Shown: positions 10,422 to 19,787, counted from the stretch's first letter. The stretch: 64,000 nt of DNA from an uncultured Alphaproteobacteria bacterium (GCA_963832895.1 CAWHVQ010000004.1:89507-153506), one strand, 5' to 3'. Notes: generated by a model from the sequence alone, not told the origin. Numbers and translations: made by a program.

Positions 10422-11633
10422 ATGTCCACCAATCCCGCCAGCTACCGTATCGCCACACAGCTCGTGCAAGGCGGTGTGCAGCGCAGCTCGTTCGGCGAGA
10501 CAGCCGAGGCGCTGTACCTGACCTCGGGCTACGTCTATGACAGCGCCGAGCAGGCCGAGGGCACGTTCGCCGGCACAGTCGATCACTACCAGTATTCGCG
10601 TTTCGCCAACCCGACGCTGTCGATGCTGGAGGAGCGGCTCTGCCTGATCGAGGGCGCCGAAGCCTGCCGCACGACGGCGACCGGCATGGCGGCGGTCAAT
10701 GCGGCGCTGCTCGCGCATCTGAAGTCTGGCGACCGCGTGGTGGCTTCGCGTGCGCTGTTCGGTTCGTGTCACTGGATCGTCTCGACGCTGCTGCCGAAAT
10801 TCGGCATCGCCACCGAGTTCGTCGATTGCGCCAACCTCGGGCAATGGCGCGCGGCGCTGTCGCGACCTGCGCAACTCGTGCTGCTGGAGACGCCGTCAAA
10901 CCCGATGCTCGAGCTGGTGGATCTGTGCGCGATCGCCGGTCTCGCGCATGCGGCGGGCGCGATCGTGGTGGTGGACAATGTGTTCGCGACACCTTTGCTG
11001 CAGCAGCCGCTGAAGTTCGGGGCGGACGTGGTGGTGTATTCGTGCACCAAGCATATCGACGGTCAGGGGCGTGTGCTTGGCGGCGCGGTGCTGGGCAGCC
11101 GCAAGTGGATCAACGAGACGCTGCAGCCGTTCATCCGCAACACCGGGCCGGCGATGTCGCCGTTCAATGCCTGGGTGCTGCTGAAGGGTTTGGAGACGTT
11201 GGGGCTGCGTGTGGATGCTGCCTGCCGAGGTGCCGTGACGATCGCCGAGTTCCTCGCCGCACGATCGGAGGTGACGCGCGTTTGGTATCCGACGCGCGCC
11301 GATCATCCGCAGCAGGAATTGGCATTGCAGCAGATGACGGCGGGCGGGACAGTCGTGACCTTCGAGGTGGCGGGTGGCAAGGACGCTGCGTTCAGCGTGA
11401 TGAATGCGTTTGGACTGATCGCGGTGTCGAACAATCTGGGTGATTCGAAGTCGCTGGCGACGCACCCCGCGACCACCACTCACATGCGCATCGGTCCCGA
11501 GGAGCGTGCGAAACTCGGCATCACCGATGGGGTGATCCGGCTCTCCATTGGGCTCGAGGATGTCGAGGACATCAAGGATGATCTGGCACAGGCGCTGACC
11601 ACGATCAGCGTTACCGCGCAGGCCGCCGACTGA
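10422..11633 (+). CDS. metZ: O-succinylhomoserine sulfhydrylase
   Basis: 403 aa. N-terminus YRIATQLVQGGVQRSSFGETAEALYLTSGYVY and PLP-lysine region VVYSCTKHIDGQGR (Cys/Met-metabolism PLP family). Confidence 0.9.
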   Translation: MSTNPASYRIATQLVQGGVQRSSFGETAEALYLTSGYVYDSAEQAEGTFAGTVDHYQYSRFANPTLSMLEERLCLIEGAEACRTTATGMAAVNAALLAHLKSGDRVVASRALFGSCHWIVSTLLPKFGIATEFVDCANLGQWRAALSRPAQLVLLETPSNPMLELVDLCAIAGLAHAAGAIVVVDNVFATPLLQQPLKFGADVVVYSCTKHIDGQGRVLGGAVLGSRKWINETLQPFIRNTGPAMSPFNAWVLLKGLETLGLRVDAACRGAVTIAEFLAARSEVTRVWYPTRADHPQQELALQQMTAGGTVVTFEVAGGKDAAFSVMNAFGLIAVSNNLGDSKSLATHPATTTHMRIGPEERAKLGITDGVIRLSIGLEDVEDIKDDLAQALTTISVTAQAAD

Positions 11634-12036
11634 CGCGACGGGCGGGCGGAACTCTGCGAACAGGTCCAGGGTACTGCGCCACCACGGAATCTCCCGTGAG
11701 GAGCGTAATACCTTCAATGGTTGCCTGTGCGATCAGGATACGATCGAACGGGTCCTTGTGGATCGGTGGGAGTAAATCGATCGCAACGACGTGCTCGCTG
11801 GTGATCGCGAGCTCGCCATAGTTGTTGTCGAACAACGCACGCCGCAGCAGTCTCGGATCGACCTGAAAGTCAACACGACCGAGCCCACGCTTGATCGCGA
11901 TCTCCCACAAACTCGCCGCACTGAACAGGAGCGTGTTTTCCGGGTCGTCAAGCAGGTTCCGGGTAGCCGCCTCAATGCGATCTGGCTTGCCGGCCGCCCA
12001 CAGCAGCAGATGTGTGTCGAGCAGCAGCTTCACGTG
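11611..12036 (-). CDS. vapC: PIN-domain toxin VapC
   Basis: GTG start overlapping the reconstructed antitoxin stop (GTGA). VKLLLDTHLLLWAA...SAASLWEIAIK...DPFDRILIAQA...YPGPVRRV. The C-terminus has a ~14-aa tail that overlaps the metZ 3' end. Confidence 0.8.
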   Translation of the reverse strand, partial: HVKLLLDTHLLLWAAGKPDRIEAATRNLLDDPENTLLFSAASLWEIAIKRGLGRVDFQVDPRLLRRALFDNNYGELAITSEHVVAIDLLPPIHKDPFDRILIAQATIEGITLLTGDSVVAQYPGPVRRVPPARRVSRRPAR

Positions 12037-12306
12037 GTGTCGCAGCGGAACAGGCGCGCGATTTCGGCCCTGCCCATCAGGTCGAAATCGTCCGGGTACT
12101 GCGATCTGTCCTGTCATGAACCCCAGGCGCCTGACCTGCCTTGGCAACGGCGCATCGACTGGCACGACCCGCACCAGCGGCCTGCCCGCCTTGGCGATCA
12201 CGAACGGCTCGCCCTTGGCAGCCTGGTCGACGAGGCGCGACAGATGCGTCTTCGCTTCGTGTATGTTCACCGTGCGCACATCCGCCCCCAACTGGACTAA
12301 GTCCAT
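12033..12306 (-). pseudogene. vapB: Phd/YefM- or VapB-type antitoxin, fused in-frame to vapC by a +1 frameshift at GTAC 12096-12099
   Basis: N-terminus (M/V)RTVNIHEAKTHLSRLVDQAAKGEPFVIAKAGRPL. Removing one C from the sense string GCAGTACCCGGA restores ...IAVPDDFDLMGRAEIARLFRCDTT-stop, which overlaps the vapC GTG. Confidence 0.7.
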
Positions 12307-12434
12307 TTAGTCTAGTTCACCGATGATTACAACGCACCCAACCGAACCGACGCGTGCACGACCACAACTCCACTCTACTGGACAACGCCCGTTCTCTCGC
12401 CTTGAATCACCTCACCCAGCGAACCGGTCGTGCC

Positions 12435-12839
12435 ATGGCGGAAGCCTATTCCAAGGTCACTCGCAGAGTCCGCGTCACCGTGCGGTCCTTCTACCTGGAG
12501 GACCAGTCGGAGCCGGACGACAGCCACTTCGTCTGGGCGTATCGCGTGAAGATCGAGAACCAGGGACGCGAGCCGGTGCAGTTGCTCCGGCGCACCTGGC
12601 AGATCACCGACGCGCGTGGACGCACGCAGCACGTGCACGGCGCCGGCGTGGTTGGCGAGCAGCCGCTGCTCGAGCCGGGCGAGAGCTTCGAGTATACGTC
12701 GGGGACGCCACTCGACACGCCGTCCGGCTTCATGGTCGGCGCCTACCACATGGTGGTGCCATCCTCCGGCGAGAACTTCGATGTGGCCATCCCGGCGTTC
12801 AGTCTGGACAGCCCCCACCAGAGCGGTAGGGTGCATTAG
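12435..12839 (+). CDS. apaG: ApaG (DUF525) protein
   Basis: [44 protein letters not shown]...[10 protein letters not shown] is the canonical ApaG sequence. Confidence 0.9.
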   Translation: MAEAYSKVTRRVRVTVRSFYLEDQSEPDDSHFVWAYRVKIENQGREPVQLLRRTWQITDARGRTQHVHGAGVVGEQPLLEPGESFEYTSGTPLDTPSGFMVGAYHMVVPSSGENFDVAIPAFSLDSPHQSGRVH

Positions 12840-12940
12840 CCGCCAAACGGGTTGTGCGCCCGCTGGCTCGCCTTATATGCCGACCAGTGGCGTGTGGTAC
12901 GCGCGCCGCTTCCCTCACACCCTCCTGGGAGGATTGCGCG

Positions 12941-13579
12941 GTGAACATCGTCACGCCTGTCGCCCGCGCGACAACCGAAGCCTCGACCGACCGACCGACG
13001 CGCGAGGAGACCGAAGCGGCCGTTCGCACTCTGCTCCGCTGGGCGGGCGATGACCCGTCGCGTGAGGGACTGATTGACACACCCGCCCGGGTCGCGCGCG
13101 CCTATGAGGAGTTCTTCGCCGGCTACGCGATCGATCCGGTCGCGCTGCTCGAGCGCACCTTCGAGGAGACCGACGGTTACGACGAGATCGTGCTGCTGCG
13201 GGATATCCACCTGGAGAGCCATTGCGAGCACCACATGGTGCCGATCATCGGTCGTGCGCACGTTGCCTATCTGCCGCACCGCCGCGTGGTGGGGATCAGC
13301 AAACTGGCGCGCGTGGTGGATGCCTATGCGAGGCGGTTGCAGATCCAGGAGAAGCTGACCGCGCAGATCGCCAACACGATCCAACAGGTGCTGGAGCCGC
13401 GCGGCGTCGCAGTGGTGATCGAAGCGGCGCACCAGTGCATGACTACGCGCGGTGTGCACAAGCCTGGCGTGACCATGGTTACCAGCCGCATGCTGGGTGC
13501 GTTTCGCGACGACCCGACGACGCGGCGCGAGGTCCTTGCGATGATCGGCAATGGCAAGGGGATGGGCGGCGAGCACTGA
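12941..13579 (+). CDS. folE: GTP cyclohydrolase I
   Basis: GTG start 8 nt after GGGAGGA. ...[22 protein letters not shown]...[20 protein letters not shown]...RLQIQEKLT.... Confidence 0.9.
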   Translation: MNIVTPVARATTEASTDRPTREETEAAVRTLLRWAGDDPSREGLIDTPARVARAYEEFFAGYAIDPVALLERTFEETDGYDEIVLLRDIHLESHCEHHMVPIIGRAHVAYLPHRRVVGISKLARVVDAYARRLQIQEKLTAQIANTIQQVLEPRGVAVVIEAAHQCMTTRGVHKPGVTMVTSRMLGAFRDDPTTRREVLAMIGNGKGMGGEH

Positions 13580-13597
13580 ACCCGCCGCCCATGATCA

Positions 13598-14437
13598 TCA
13601 GGCCTCGTGGAAGACCAGAGTCCTGATCTCGATGCTCTCGCGCGGCAGGACATCCGCCGGCGCGGTCGGATCTTCGAACGCCGTGTGCGGCGCGAAGCGG
13701 GCCCGGCCATCTGTCTCTGAATCGAAGCACTTCAACAGCAGGGCTTCGTCCGGCTGCATCTCGGGCACGTAGAACCAGCGATGGGCGGGATTGTAGTTGA
13801 CACCATAGGTCTCGCCGACGCGGTTCTGATACACCAGATCGGATGGCACGAGGTCACCAGGTGCAACCGAGCCGGCGTCGCACACAGCAAGCGGCGCGTC
13901 GCGCAGCGGCCCACGGATCGGCCGCCACAGGTTGATCACCTGCACGCGGCCACGTAGCAGCTGCTCGGCCTCATCGCCGAAGAAGTCGCGCACACGCTGC
14001 GGTCCGGACGTCGCCGTATGGTCGACATGCACACCCGTCGCGGGCTGGCGTGGCGTCCCAGGAACCCGATCGGCCGCGCCGCGCACACGCCGGCGCAGCG
14101 TATGGTCGAAGATGAACACCTTGCTGGCGCCGGTCGCCTCGGCAATCGCCCGCTGCACTTCCGGATAATAGACCCGACGCACCTCGTCCTCGTCCCAGAA
14201 GTCGTGGACCGCACTTGCGTTGCGCAGCACCGCGAAGCCTTCGCGGTCGAGCGTCACATCGTCGATGACCGGACGCATGTCGTGGATCGCCACGGTGTGG
14301 GTTTCGCGTTCCGAGTTTGAACGCGGCACGCCGGGCGGCGGATCGAAGGTGTAGTTGCGCGGGCGCTCGGTTATCGGAGCCAGATAGTTCAATGTCGCCT
14401 CGACATGAGGCAGGTGGTCAAACCGGTCACCATTCAT
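13598..14437 (-). CDS. conserved hypothetical protein (CmcJ/NvfI-like oxidoreductase fold suspected)
   Basis: 279-aa ORF with good coding appearance. ATLNYLAP...RPRNYTFDPPPGVPRSN...VFIFDHTLRR resembles that family from memory only. Confidence 0.65.
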   Translation of the reverse strand: MNGDRFDHLPHVEATLNYLAPITERPRNYTFDPPPGVPRSNSERETHTVAIHDMRPVIDDVTLDREGFAVLRNASAVHDFWDEDEVRRVYYPEVQRAIAEATGASKVFIFDHTLRRRVRGAADRVPGTPRQPATGVHVDHTATSGPQRVRDFFGDEAEQLLRGRVQVINLWRPIRGPLRDAPLAVCDAGSVAPGDLVPSDLVYQNRVGETYGVNYNPAHRWFYVPEMQPDEALLLKCFDSETDGRARFAPHTAFEDPTAPADVLPRESIEIRTLVFHEA

Positions 14438-14473
14438 GTGTCTGTCCTCCTGGGGGTGAGATTGGCAGCAGCC

Positions 14474-14719
14474 TCAGCACGGCGGCAGTGCGCGCCAGAA
14501 CGGGGTGGCAAGCTCGCGGTACACATCGGCGGTCGAGGCACCGAAATCCGCCAGCTCACGCTCGGTCAGACCCGCCAGTGCGCGCCTCTCGCGGCTCCGC
14601 TGGCGCCAATGCCGCACCGTCGAGGCAATCCGCGCCAAAAGGCCCCGGCGCCCGTCGCGCCACGGTCTGGCCGCGAGCGGCTGAGAATTTATCAGGGATG
14701 TAGTGGCAAGCCCGGCCAT
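14474..14719 (-). CDS. DUF1127-like small protein
   Basis: C-terminal segment WRQRSRERRALAGLTERELADFGASTADV matches the DUF1127 pattern (R-rich, then L..L.D..L.D.G). Confidence 0.6.
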   Translation of the reverse strand: MAGLATTSLINSQPLAARPWRDGRRGLLARIASTVRHWRQRSRERRALAGLTERELADFGASTADVYRELATPFWRALPPC

Positions 14720-14831
14720 GGCCGTCGCTCCTATCAGTGAGAACTGAGCAGGAAATGGCCCTGCGCCGCGGGCGCGACAAAGGATAGTTTGTCAGCCTTC
14801 GCATGACACCAGCTCATGCTAAACTGCTGTC

Positions 14832-15743
14832 ATGGCAACCCTCCCCTCGCTTAGCGGACTGCGCGCCTTCGAGGCGGCGGCGCGTCACCTGAGCTTCACC
14901 CGCGCCGCGGAAGAGCTGAACGTCACCCAGACTGCGATCAGCCACCTGATCAGGCGACTGGAGGAGCAACTCGGAATCCCGCTCTTCGTGCGCCGCAACC
15001 GCGCGTTGGAGCTGACGCGCGAGGCGGAATCCTATCTGCCTGCGGTGCGCGGTGCGTTCGAGGACCTGCGACGTGCGACGGAACGATTGCGCCGACCGGA
15101 GCGCGAAGGGCTGCTCACTGTCAGCACCACGGCCTCGCTCGCCGCCAAATGGCTGGTGACACGCGTGGCCGCGTTCCAGGACGCCAATCCCGGGATCGAG
15201 GTGCGCATCACCACATCGTCGCACCTGGTGGATTTTCAGCGCGACGAGGTGGACATGGCGGTGCGCTACGGCCGGGGCATCTGGCCGGGACTGCGCACTG
15301 ACTGGCTGATGGCCGAGGACATGTTCCCGGTGTGCAGCCCCGCGCTGGTCACGGGCGAGAAGCCGCTGCGCACGCCCGAGGACCTCGCAGACCACACCCT
15401 GCTGCACGCGACGGCGTCACGCGAGGACTGGCAGCTCTGGCTGACCGCCGCCGGCCTGCCGGTCTCGCTCGCGACGCGACGCGGCCTGAGCTTCGACCAG
15501 AGCTTCATGGCAATTCAGGCGGCGGTGGATGGGCTGGGCGTCGCACTCGGCCGCACCCGTTTTGTCGAGGCCGATATTGCCGCTGGTCGGCTCGTGGTGC
15601 CGTTCAATGTCGTGCTGCCGGCGGATGCCGGGTTTTACATCGTGGCCCCCGAGGGGATCGCCGACACGCCGAAGGTTGCGCTGTTCCGCGATTGGCTGAT
15701 CGGCTCGGTGGCGCCAGGCGCCGTCGCGCCGCCACCGGTTTGA
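14832..15743 (+). CDS. LysR-family transcriptional regulator (GcvA-like)
   Basis: LPSLSGLRAFEAAARHLSFTRAAEELNVTQTAISHLIRRLE (wHTH) followed by a LysR substrate-binding domain. 303 aa. Confidence 0.9.
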   Translation: MATLPSLSGLRAFEAAARHLSFTRAAEELNVTQTAISHLIRRLEEQLGIPLFVRRNRALELTREAESYLPAVRGAFEDLRRATERLRRPEREGLLTVSTTASLAAKWLVTRVAAFQDANPGIEVRITTSSHLVDFQRDEVDMAVRYGRGIWPGLRTDWLMAEDMFPVCSPALVTGEKPLRTPEDLADHTLLHATASREDWQLWLTAAGLPVSLATRRGLSFDQSFMAIQAAVDGLGVALGRTRFVEADIAAGRLVVPFNVVLPADAGFYIVAPEGIADTPKVALFRDWLIGSVAPGAVAPPPV

Positions 15744-15752
15744 GCAGAAAGG

Positions 15753-15864
15753 ATTAAACGCAGATGTAGAAGCAGATGCACGTAAAACACGCAAATGGTT
15801 TTGTATCTTTATCGGCGTGTTTTGCGTGCATCTGCTTCTTATCTGCGTTTGAATCTGTCTCCCT
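15753..15864. repeat. palindromic intergenic repeat, copy 1 (40-bp arms, ~32-nt loop)
   Basis: Left arm ATTAAACGCAGATGTAGAAGCAGATGCACGTAAAACACGC. The reverse complement of the right arm is ATTCAAACGCAGATAAGAAGCAGATGCACGCAAAACACGC. AT-richer than its surroundings. It fills the gap between convergent genes and could act as a bidirectional terminator. Confidence 0.8.
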
Positions 15865-15870
15865 TTCTAT

Positions 15871-16632
15871 CTACTCCGCAGCCGTCACGGGCGCATGTTC
15901 GCGAAGGAAGGTGTGTACGTGGCGCAGTGCTTCGGCGGTCTGCTCCTTGGTCTCCTTCCACGGGTAGATACTGACTTCAGCGTTCGGTGCGAGGCGCGCT
16001 GACTCGATGGCGACCGCGTAGGGATGCGCCGGCACGTCATCCGGCAATACCAGGATCGGCGTGTTGCAGGAGCGTACGAAATCGCGCGTCACGGTGAAGA
16101 CGAAATCGGGATTGGAGCGATACATCTTGTTCAGGAAAGCGTCGACCGTCGCCATGGTGATATCGGGCCTGCGCTCGCAGAGCTGCGGGCCCCAGCCCTT
16201 GATGTTGTTCTGATAGAACAGGTCGGGGATCTCCGGACGGAACCCGCTGGGCTGCGCCAGGACGGCGGCGACGATGCGATCCGGTGCACGCTTCAAAAGG
16301 TTCCAGATGAACGGGCCGCCAATGCAGAAGCCCATCACCATGAACTCCCTGATGCCCAGATGGTCCATCAGGCCGAGCTGGTCATCGGCGTAGGCATCCC
16401 ACGGCCGGTCGATCTCGAGCGGACCCGATGACTGGCCGCCGTTGGCGTTGCGCAGGTCCATCGTGATGCAGCGGTACTCGCCCCTGAACTCCTCCATCGC
16501 ATTGAACGGCCCGAAGCCGGTGAGGGAGGAGATGTTCGAATTCAACCCGCCGCCGGGGATGAACAGAACCGGGAAGCCGGACCCGGCCTCTTCGTAGTGA
16601 ATGCGGACGTCGCCTCTTTGATAGAACGGCAT
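15871..16632 (-). CDS. alpha/beta-fold hydrolase
   Basis: 253 aa. Nucleophile elbow MGFCIGG. N-terminus HYEEAGSGFPVLFIPGGG. Confidence 0.85.
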   Translation of the reverse strand: MPFYQRGDVRIHYEEAGSGFPVLFIPGGGLNSNISSLTGFGPFNAMEEFRGEYRCITMDLRNANGGQSSGPLEIDRPWDAYADDQLGLMDHLGIREFMVMGFCIGGPFIWNLLKRAPDRIVAAVLAQPSGFRPEIPDLFYQNNIKGWGPQLCERRPDITMATVDAFLNKMYRSNPDFVFTVTRDFVRSCNTPILVLPDDVPAHPYAVAIESARLAPNAEVSIYPWKETKEQTAEALRHVHTFLREHAPVTAAE

Positions 16633-16656
16633 GACAGTTCCTCCTTTCGGTTGCGC

Positions 16657-17532
16657 TCAGGCTGTTCGCACGAACTTGTCCACGCTGCGGTCTACGGTCA
16701 ATCCGGCGTAGATGTCGCCGCGCGAGTCCACGCCCACGCCGTGCACGTGGCGGCTTTCCATGCGCGCAAGTACGTTGCCTGCCGCGTCGCGCACGCAGAC
16801 ATACGCCGGCTTGCCGCCGTCCTCCTGCTCGGCGATGTAGTAGTTGCCGTCTTTGCCCCGTGTGATGTCGTTCGGGCCGCCCATGCCGGTCCACGCGCCA
16901 AGATAGTCGCCGTCGGGTGAAAAGATCTGGATGCGCTTGTTCGACCGATCCGCGACATACAGCTTGCCGTCGGAATCGAACGCGATGCTGTGCGGCAGGT
17001 GGAATTCTCCTGGCGCATGGCCCGGCGAACCCCATGACGTCACGAGTTCTCCGTCGCTGGTGAAGCGGTGCACACGCGCATTGCGATAGCCGTCGGTCAC
17101 GTAGATATCGCCGTTGGGATGCGGCATCATCTCAGTCGGGTGATTAAACGGTCCCGCCGCACGTTCCGCGAGCCATGGAGACCCTGTGCAGCCGGTGTCG
17201 GAGTGCACGCCGCGCTCGCCCAGTTCCAGCAGGGTCTTGCCGTCCAGCGTGAACGACTTCGCGACCGAGTCCGACCGGTCGGTTGTATATACGACGTCGT
17301 TGACTATCTTCAGGCCATGCGGGTCGGTGACCTCGCCGCTGCCCCAGGCGCCCAGGTACTTGCCGTCGCGATCGAACACCACGACGGGAGGATCCCTGCG
17401 CTGGAAGACATAGACGCGATCCTGTGAATCGGTCGCCACCCGGCTGACCAGCCCGAACCTTTCTCCGCCGGGCAATTTGAGGAAATCGCGTACCAATTCG
17501 TAGGTGTATTCGCCTGTGCCGACTTGTGCCAT
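16657..17532 (-). CDS. NHL-repeat beta-propeller protein (peptidyl-alpha-hydroxyglycine lyase-like)
   Basis: 291 aa. Repeated ...G.F..P..IA.D..G..YV.D... units (GEFHLPHSIAFDSDGKLYVADRSNKRIQIF). Confidence 0.85.
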   Translation of the reverse strand: MAQVGTGEYTYELVRDFLKLPGGERFGLVSRVATDSQDRVYVFQRRDPPVVVFDRDGKYLGAWGSGEVTDPHGLKIVNDVVYTTDRSDSVAKSFTLDGKTLLELGERGVHSDTGCTGSPWLAERAAGPFNHPTEMMPHPNGDIYVTDGYRNARVHRFTSDGELVTSWGSPGHAPGEFHLPHSIAFDSDGKLYVADRSNKRIQIFSPDGDYLGAWTGMGGPNDITRGKDGNYYIAEQEDGGKPAYVCVRDAAGNVLARMESRHVHGVGVDSRGDIYAGLTVDRSVDKFVRTA

Positions 17533-17590
17533 TGCTGTCCTCCTCCCGTGGCCCGCGCGTCGGATGCCGCGCGCACTTCACTGGGCGAGC

Positions 17591-17962
17591 TTACTCCGGC
17601 AGCGCCGTTTGAGATAGCGCACCGGCCAGCATGGCCATGCGTTCCGGGGTAGTGATATTACCGGAAGCCAATCCGCTGATGGTAAAGCCGGCCTGCAGTT
17701 CGAGTACAACGGCGGCCACCGACCGTGCTTCGTCGAGTCGGCCGAGGCGGACCAAAGCCGCCGCGTGCAGGTAGCGCGGCACGCTGAACCGGGGATTCGC
17801 CGCAGACGCCCGGCTCGCGGCACTGACCGCCTCGATGAAATTTCCGACGAAGAAATTCGCATAGGCGAGCCCGACATAGGGCAGATAGATCAGCGGATCG
17901 TACGGACTGAGGCGAATACCGATCCTGGCGTGCTCGATCGCGGTCGCATCCTCGCCCATCCA
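17591..17962 (-). pseudogene. 3' remnant of a TPR-domain (cyclase-associated type) gene
   Basis: Only the last ~120 aa look like protein: ...IEHARIGIRLSPYDPLIYL...NFIEAVSAASRASAANPRFSVPRYLHAAALVRLGRLDEARSVAAVVLELQAGFTISG. Upstream of 17962 the frame is Arg-rich nonsense. Confidence 0.5.
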
Positions 17963-18232
17963 GGCGCGAATGGCACCACAACCGAGAACTGCTGCCACGC
18001 GACGGCGCGCGACGCGATGTTCCGTAATTATCGCGTGGTGTTTCTGTCCGATGCGACGGCCACCTACGATTACCCGGATCGCGGCTACGGACCGATGCCG
18101 AATGCCGACGTTCACCACGCGACTTTGGTCGTACTCGCCGCCTCGACGGCGCATGTGATGTCGGTCGCTGATTTGGGTGCAGGGCTGCCAACTGGCCGCA
18201 TCTCGAGGAACGCGCCTTCACGAGCGGCTTGA
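17963..18232 (+). pseudogene. 3' remnant of an isochorismatase-family hydrolase gene
   Basis: Protein-like only from G-TTTENCCHATARDAMFRNYRVVFLSDATATYD (catalytic-Cys region) to the stop. The N-terminal ~120 aa of the family are missing. It overlaps the 3' end of the decarboxylase gene on the other strand. Confidence 0.55.
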
Positions 18233-19446
18233 GTCCCGGCTGCCGGGAACGGACCGTCGCGCACCTCGACGAGGCGCGCGCGGTCGAAGCCGTTGAACGC
18301 GGTGCGCAGACAGCCGCCATAGGCGCCGAGCTGACCGATCTCGATCCAGTCGCCTTCGGCCACGTCGGCAGGCAGATGGAACGGGCCGCGCATCGCATCG
18401 GCACTGTCGCAGGTCGGCCCGAAGAACGAGAAGCCGATCAACGCATTGGGCGGCGGCGGCCCATTGGGGCGGACAAGCCGCGCCGGATAGCGAAAACCGA
18501 GAGGACCGGCATCCGCCAGAGCGCCATAGATGCCGTCGCTGACATACAGCGAATTGCCGCGCCGATGCTGCACCTGCACGACCACAGACGCGCCACCGGC
18601 GACGAGAGCGCGGCCGGGCTCGGCCCAAAGCCGCGCGTCGGAAAGGCCCAGGCGCTCGAAGCCTGCGTCGATTTCCGCGAGGTATGCGCCGAGCGGAGGT
18701 ACTTCTACGTCCGGATAGCGTACAGGAAAACCACCGCCGACATCGATCACCTCGATCGTCGCGCCGGCATCTCGGATCACGTCGCCGACCAAAGCCAGCG
18801 CTTGGCGCCAGGCGAGCGGCTCGAGGCATTGCGAACCGACATGGAAGCTCAGCCCGAGACGCACCGCATGCGGGCGCGCCGCGCGCAGCAACTCCGCAGC
18901 CGGCCCCGGCTCTGCGCCGAACTTGCCTGACAGATCCAACACCGCCGGGCCCTTCGGCATGGCAAGGCGGACGATCAGGCCGAGCTCACCGGCAGTACCC
19001 GTCGCGGCTGTTTCATGCCGGATCTTCGCCAGCTCCTCCGTGCTGTCGAGCACGAAGTCACGCACACCGTGCCGCTGCCACGCCTCGCGGATGGCGCCAC
19101 GCGACTTGACCGGGTGCATGAAATGGATCGAGGCATTGGGAAACATCTGGCGCACCAGCGCGATCTCGCCGATCGACGCGCAGTCAAAATGCGTGACGCC
19201 GCCGGCGTGGACGGCACGCAGCATCGCGGGCTCTGGGTTGGCTTTCACCGCGTAGAGCACATCGCCCGGAAACACCTCGGAGAAATCGCGCACGGCCGCC
19301 TCAACCGTTGCCGGACGCAGGCAATGCATCGGCTCTTCGGGCCGCTCTATGGCGATCAGTTCATCGACCGAAGGCAACGGCGTTGCGGCGCCGGGGAAGC
19401 GGCGGCGCAGAGGCGACACGGCAGTGCGGACGCGCACATGGTTCAT
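18112..19446 (-). CDS. type III PLP-dependent ornithine/lysine/arginine decarboxylase
   Basis: ...VLYAVKANPEPAMLRAV..., HVGSQC, GGGFPV, EPGRALV and CDSAD motifs. It has an unusual ~40-aa C-terminal tail that overlaps the isochorismatase remnant. Confidence 0.85.
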   Translation of the reverse strand: MNHVRVRTAVSPLRRRFPGAATPLPSVDELIAIERPEEPMHCLRPATVEAAVRDFSEVFPGDVLYAVKANPEPAMLRAVHAGGVTHFDCASIGEIALVRQMFPNASIHFMHPVKSRGAIREAWQRHGVRDFVLDSTEELAKIRHETAATGTAGELGLIVRLAMPKGPAVLDLSGKFGAEPGPAAELLRAARPHAVRLGLSFHVGSQCLEPLAWRQALALVGDVIRDAGATIEVIDVGGGFPVRYPDVEVPPLGAYLAEIDAGFERLGLSDARLWAEPGRALVAGGASVVVQVQHRRGNSLYVSDGIYGALADAGPLGFRYPARLVRPNGPPPPNALIGFSFFGPTCDSADAMRGPFHLPADVAEGDWIEIGQLGAYGGCLRTAFNGFDRARLVEVRDGPFPAAGTQAAREGAFLEMRPVGSPAPKSATDITCAVEAASTTKVAW

Positions 19447-19787
19447 TCCAGGAAACCTCGCAGGCAGGAGGAACACAGACGGCGCCGCCGCGCGACAATG
19501 CCGCGGCGACGGACTCAGATGGTGCTGCGAGGACTTCGCATCGCCGCAAACCGGTCAGCAAACATAGGCAACTCCCTAACGACCCCGGCCCCACCATTGG
19601 ACCGGCCAGACGAAAAGGACGCGTTACGTCGTTGCTGTGCCCCTCAGATGCTCAGCGCGGGGCTCGCGGCACGTGCGATGCGTCAGGCGTCGCTCAACCA
19701 CGCGGGTCGAGCAGCGAACGCATATGGGGACTGCGACGGTGGAAGAGGTATGCGATGATCGATGGTGTGGCGACTGCTGTGGTCATA

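Noticed and set aside
11611-11660. A GTACCC string near the vapC 3' end (sense CAGTACCCTGGA) as a sixth GTAC+C frameshift that would explain the 14-aa C-terminal tail.
   Set aside because: The observed frame gives the conserved VapC ending ...AQYPGPVRRV. Removing a C would destroy it and open a very long antisense-of-metZ frame. This GTACC(C) is therefore native.
15776-15967. 63-aa ORF MHVKHANGFVSLSACFACICF....
   Set aside because: It is the read-through of the palindromic repeat element and not a gene. It has no SD, and its composition is dictated by the inverted repeat.
18112-18232. The decarboxylase C-terminal tail as evidence of a frameshift in that gene.
   Set aside because: The alternative frames terminate within a few codons but do not restore any recognisable conserved sequence. 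No GTAC-type lesion lies at the point of divergence. It is treated as a consequence of the neighbouring rearrangement, and remains unresolved.
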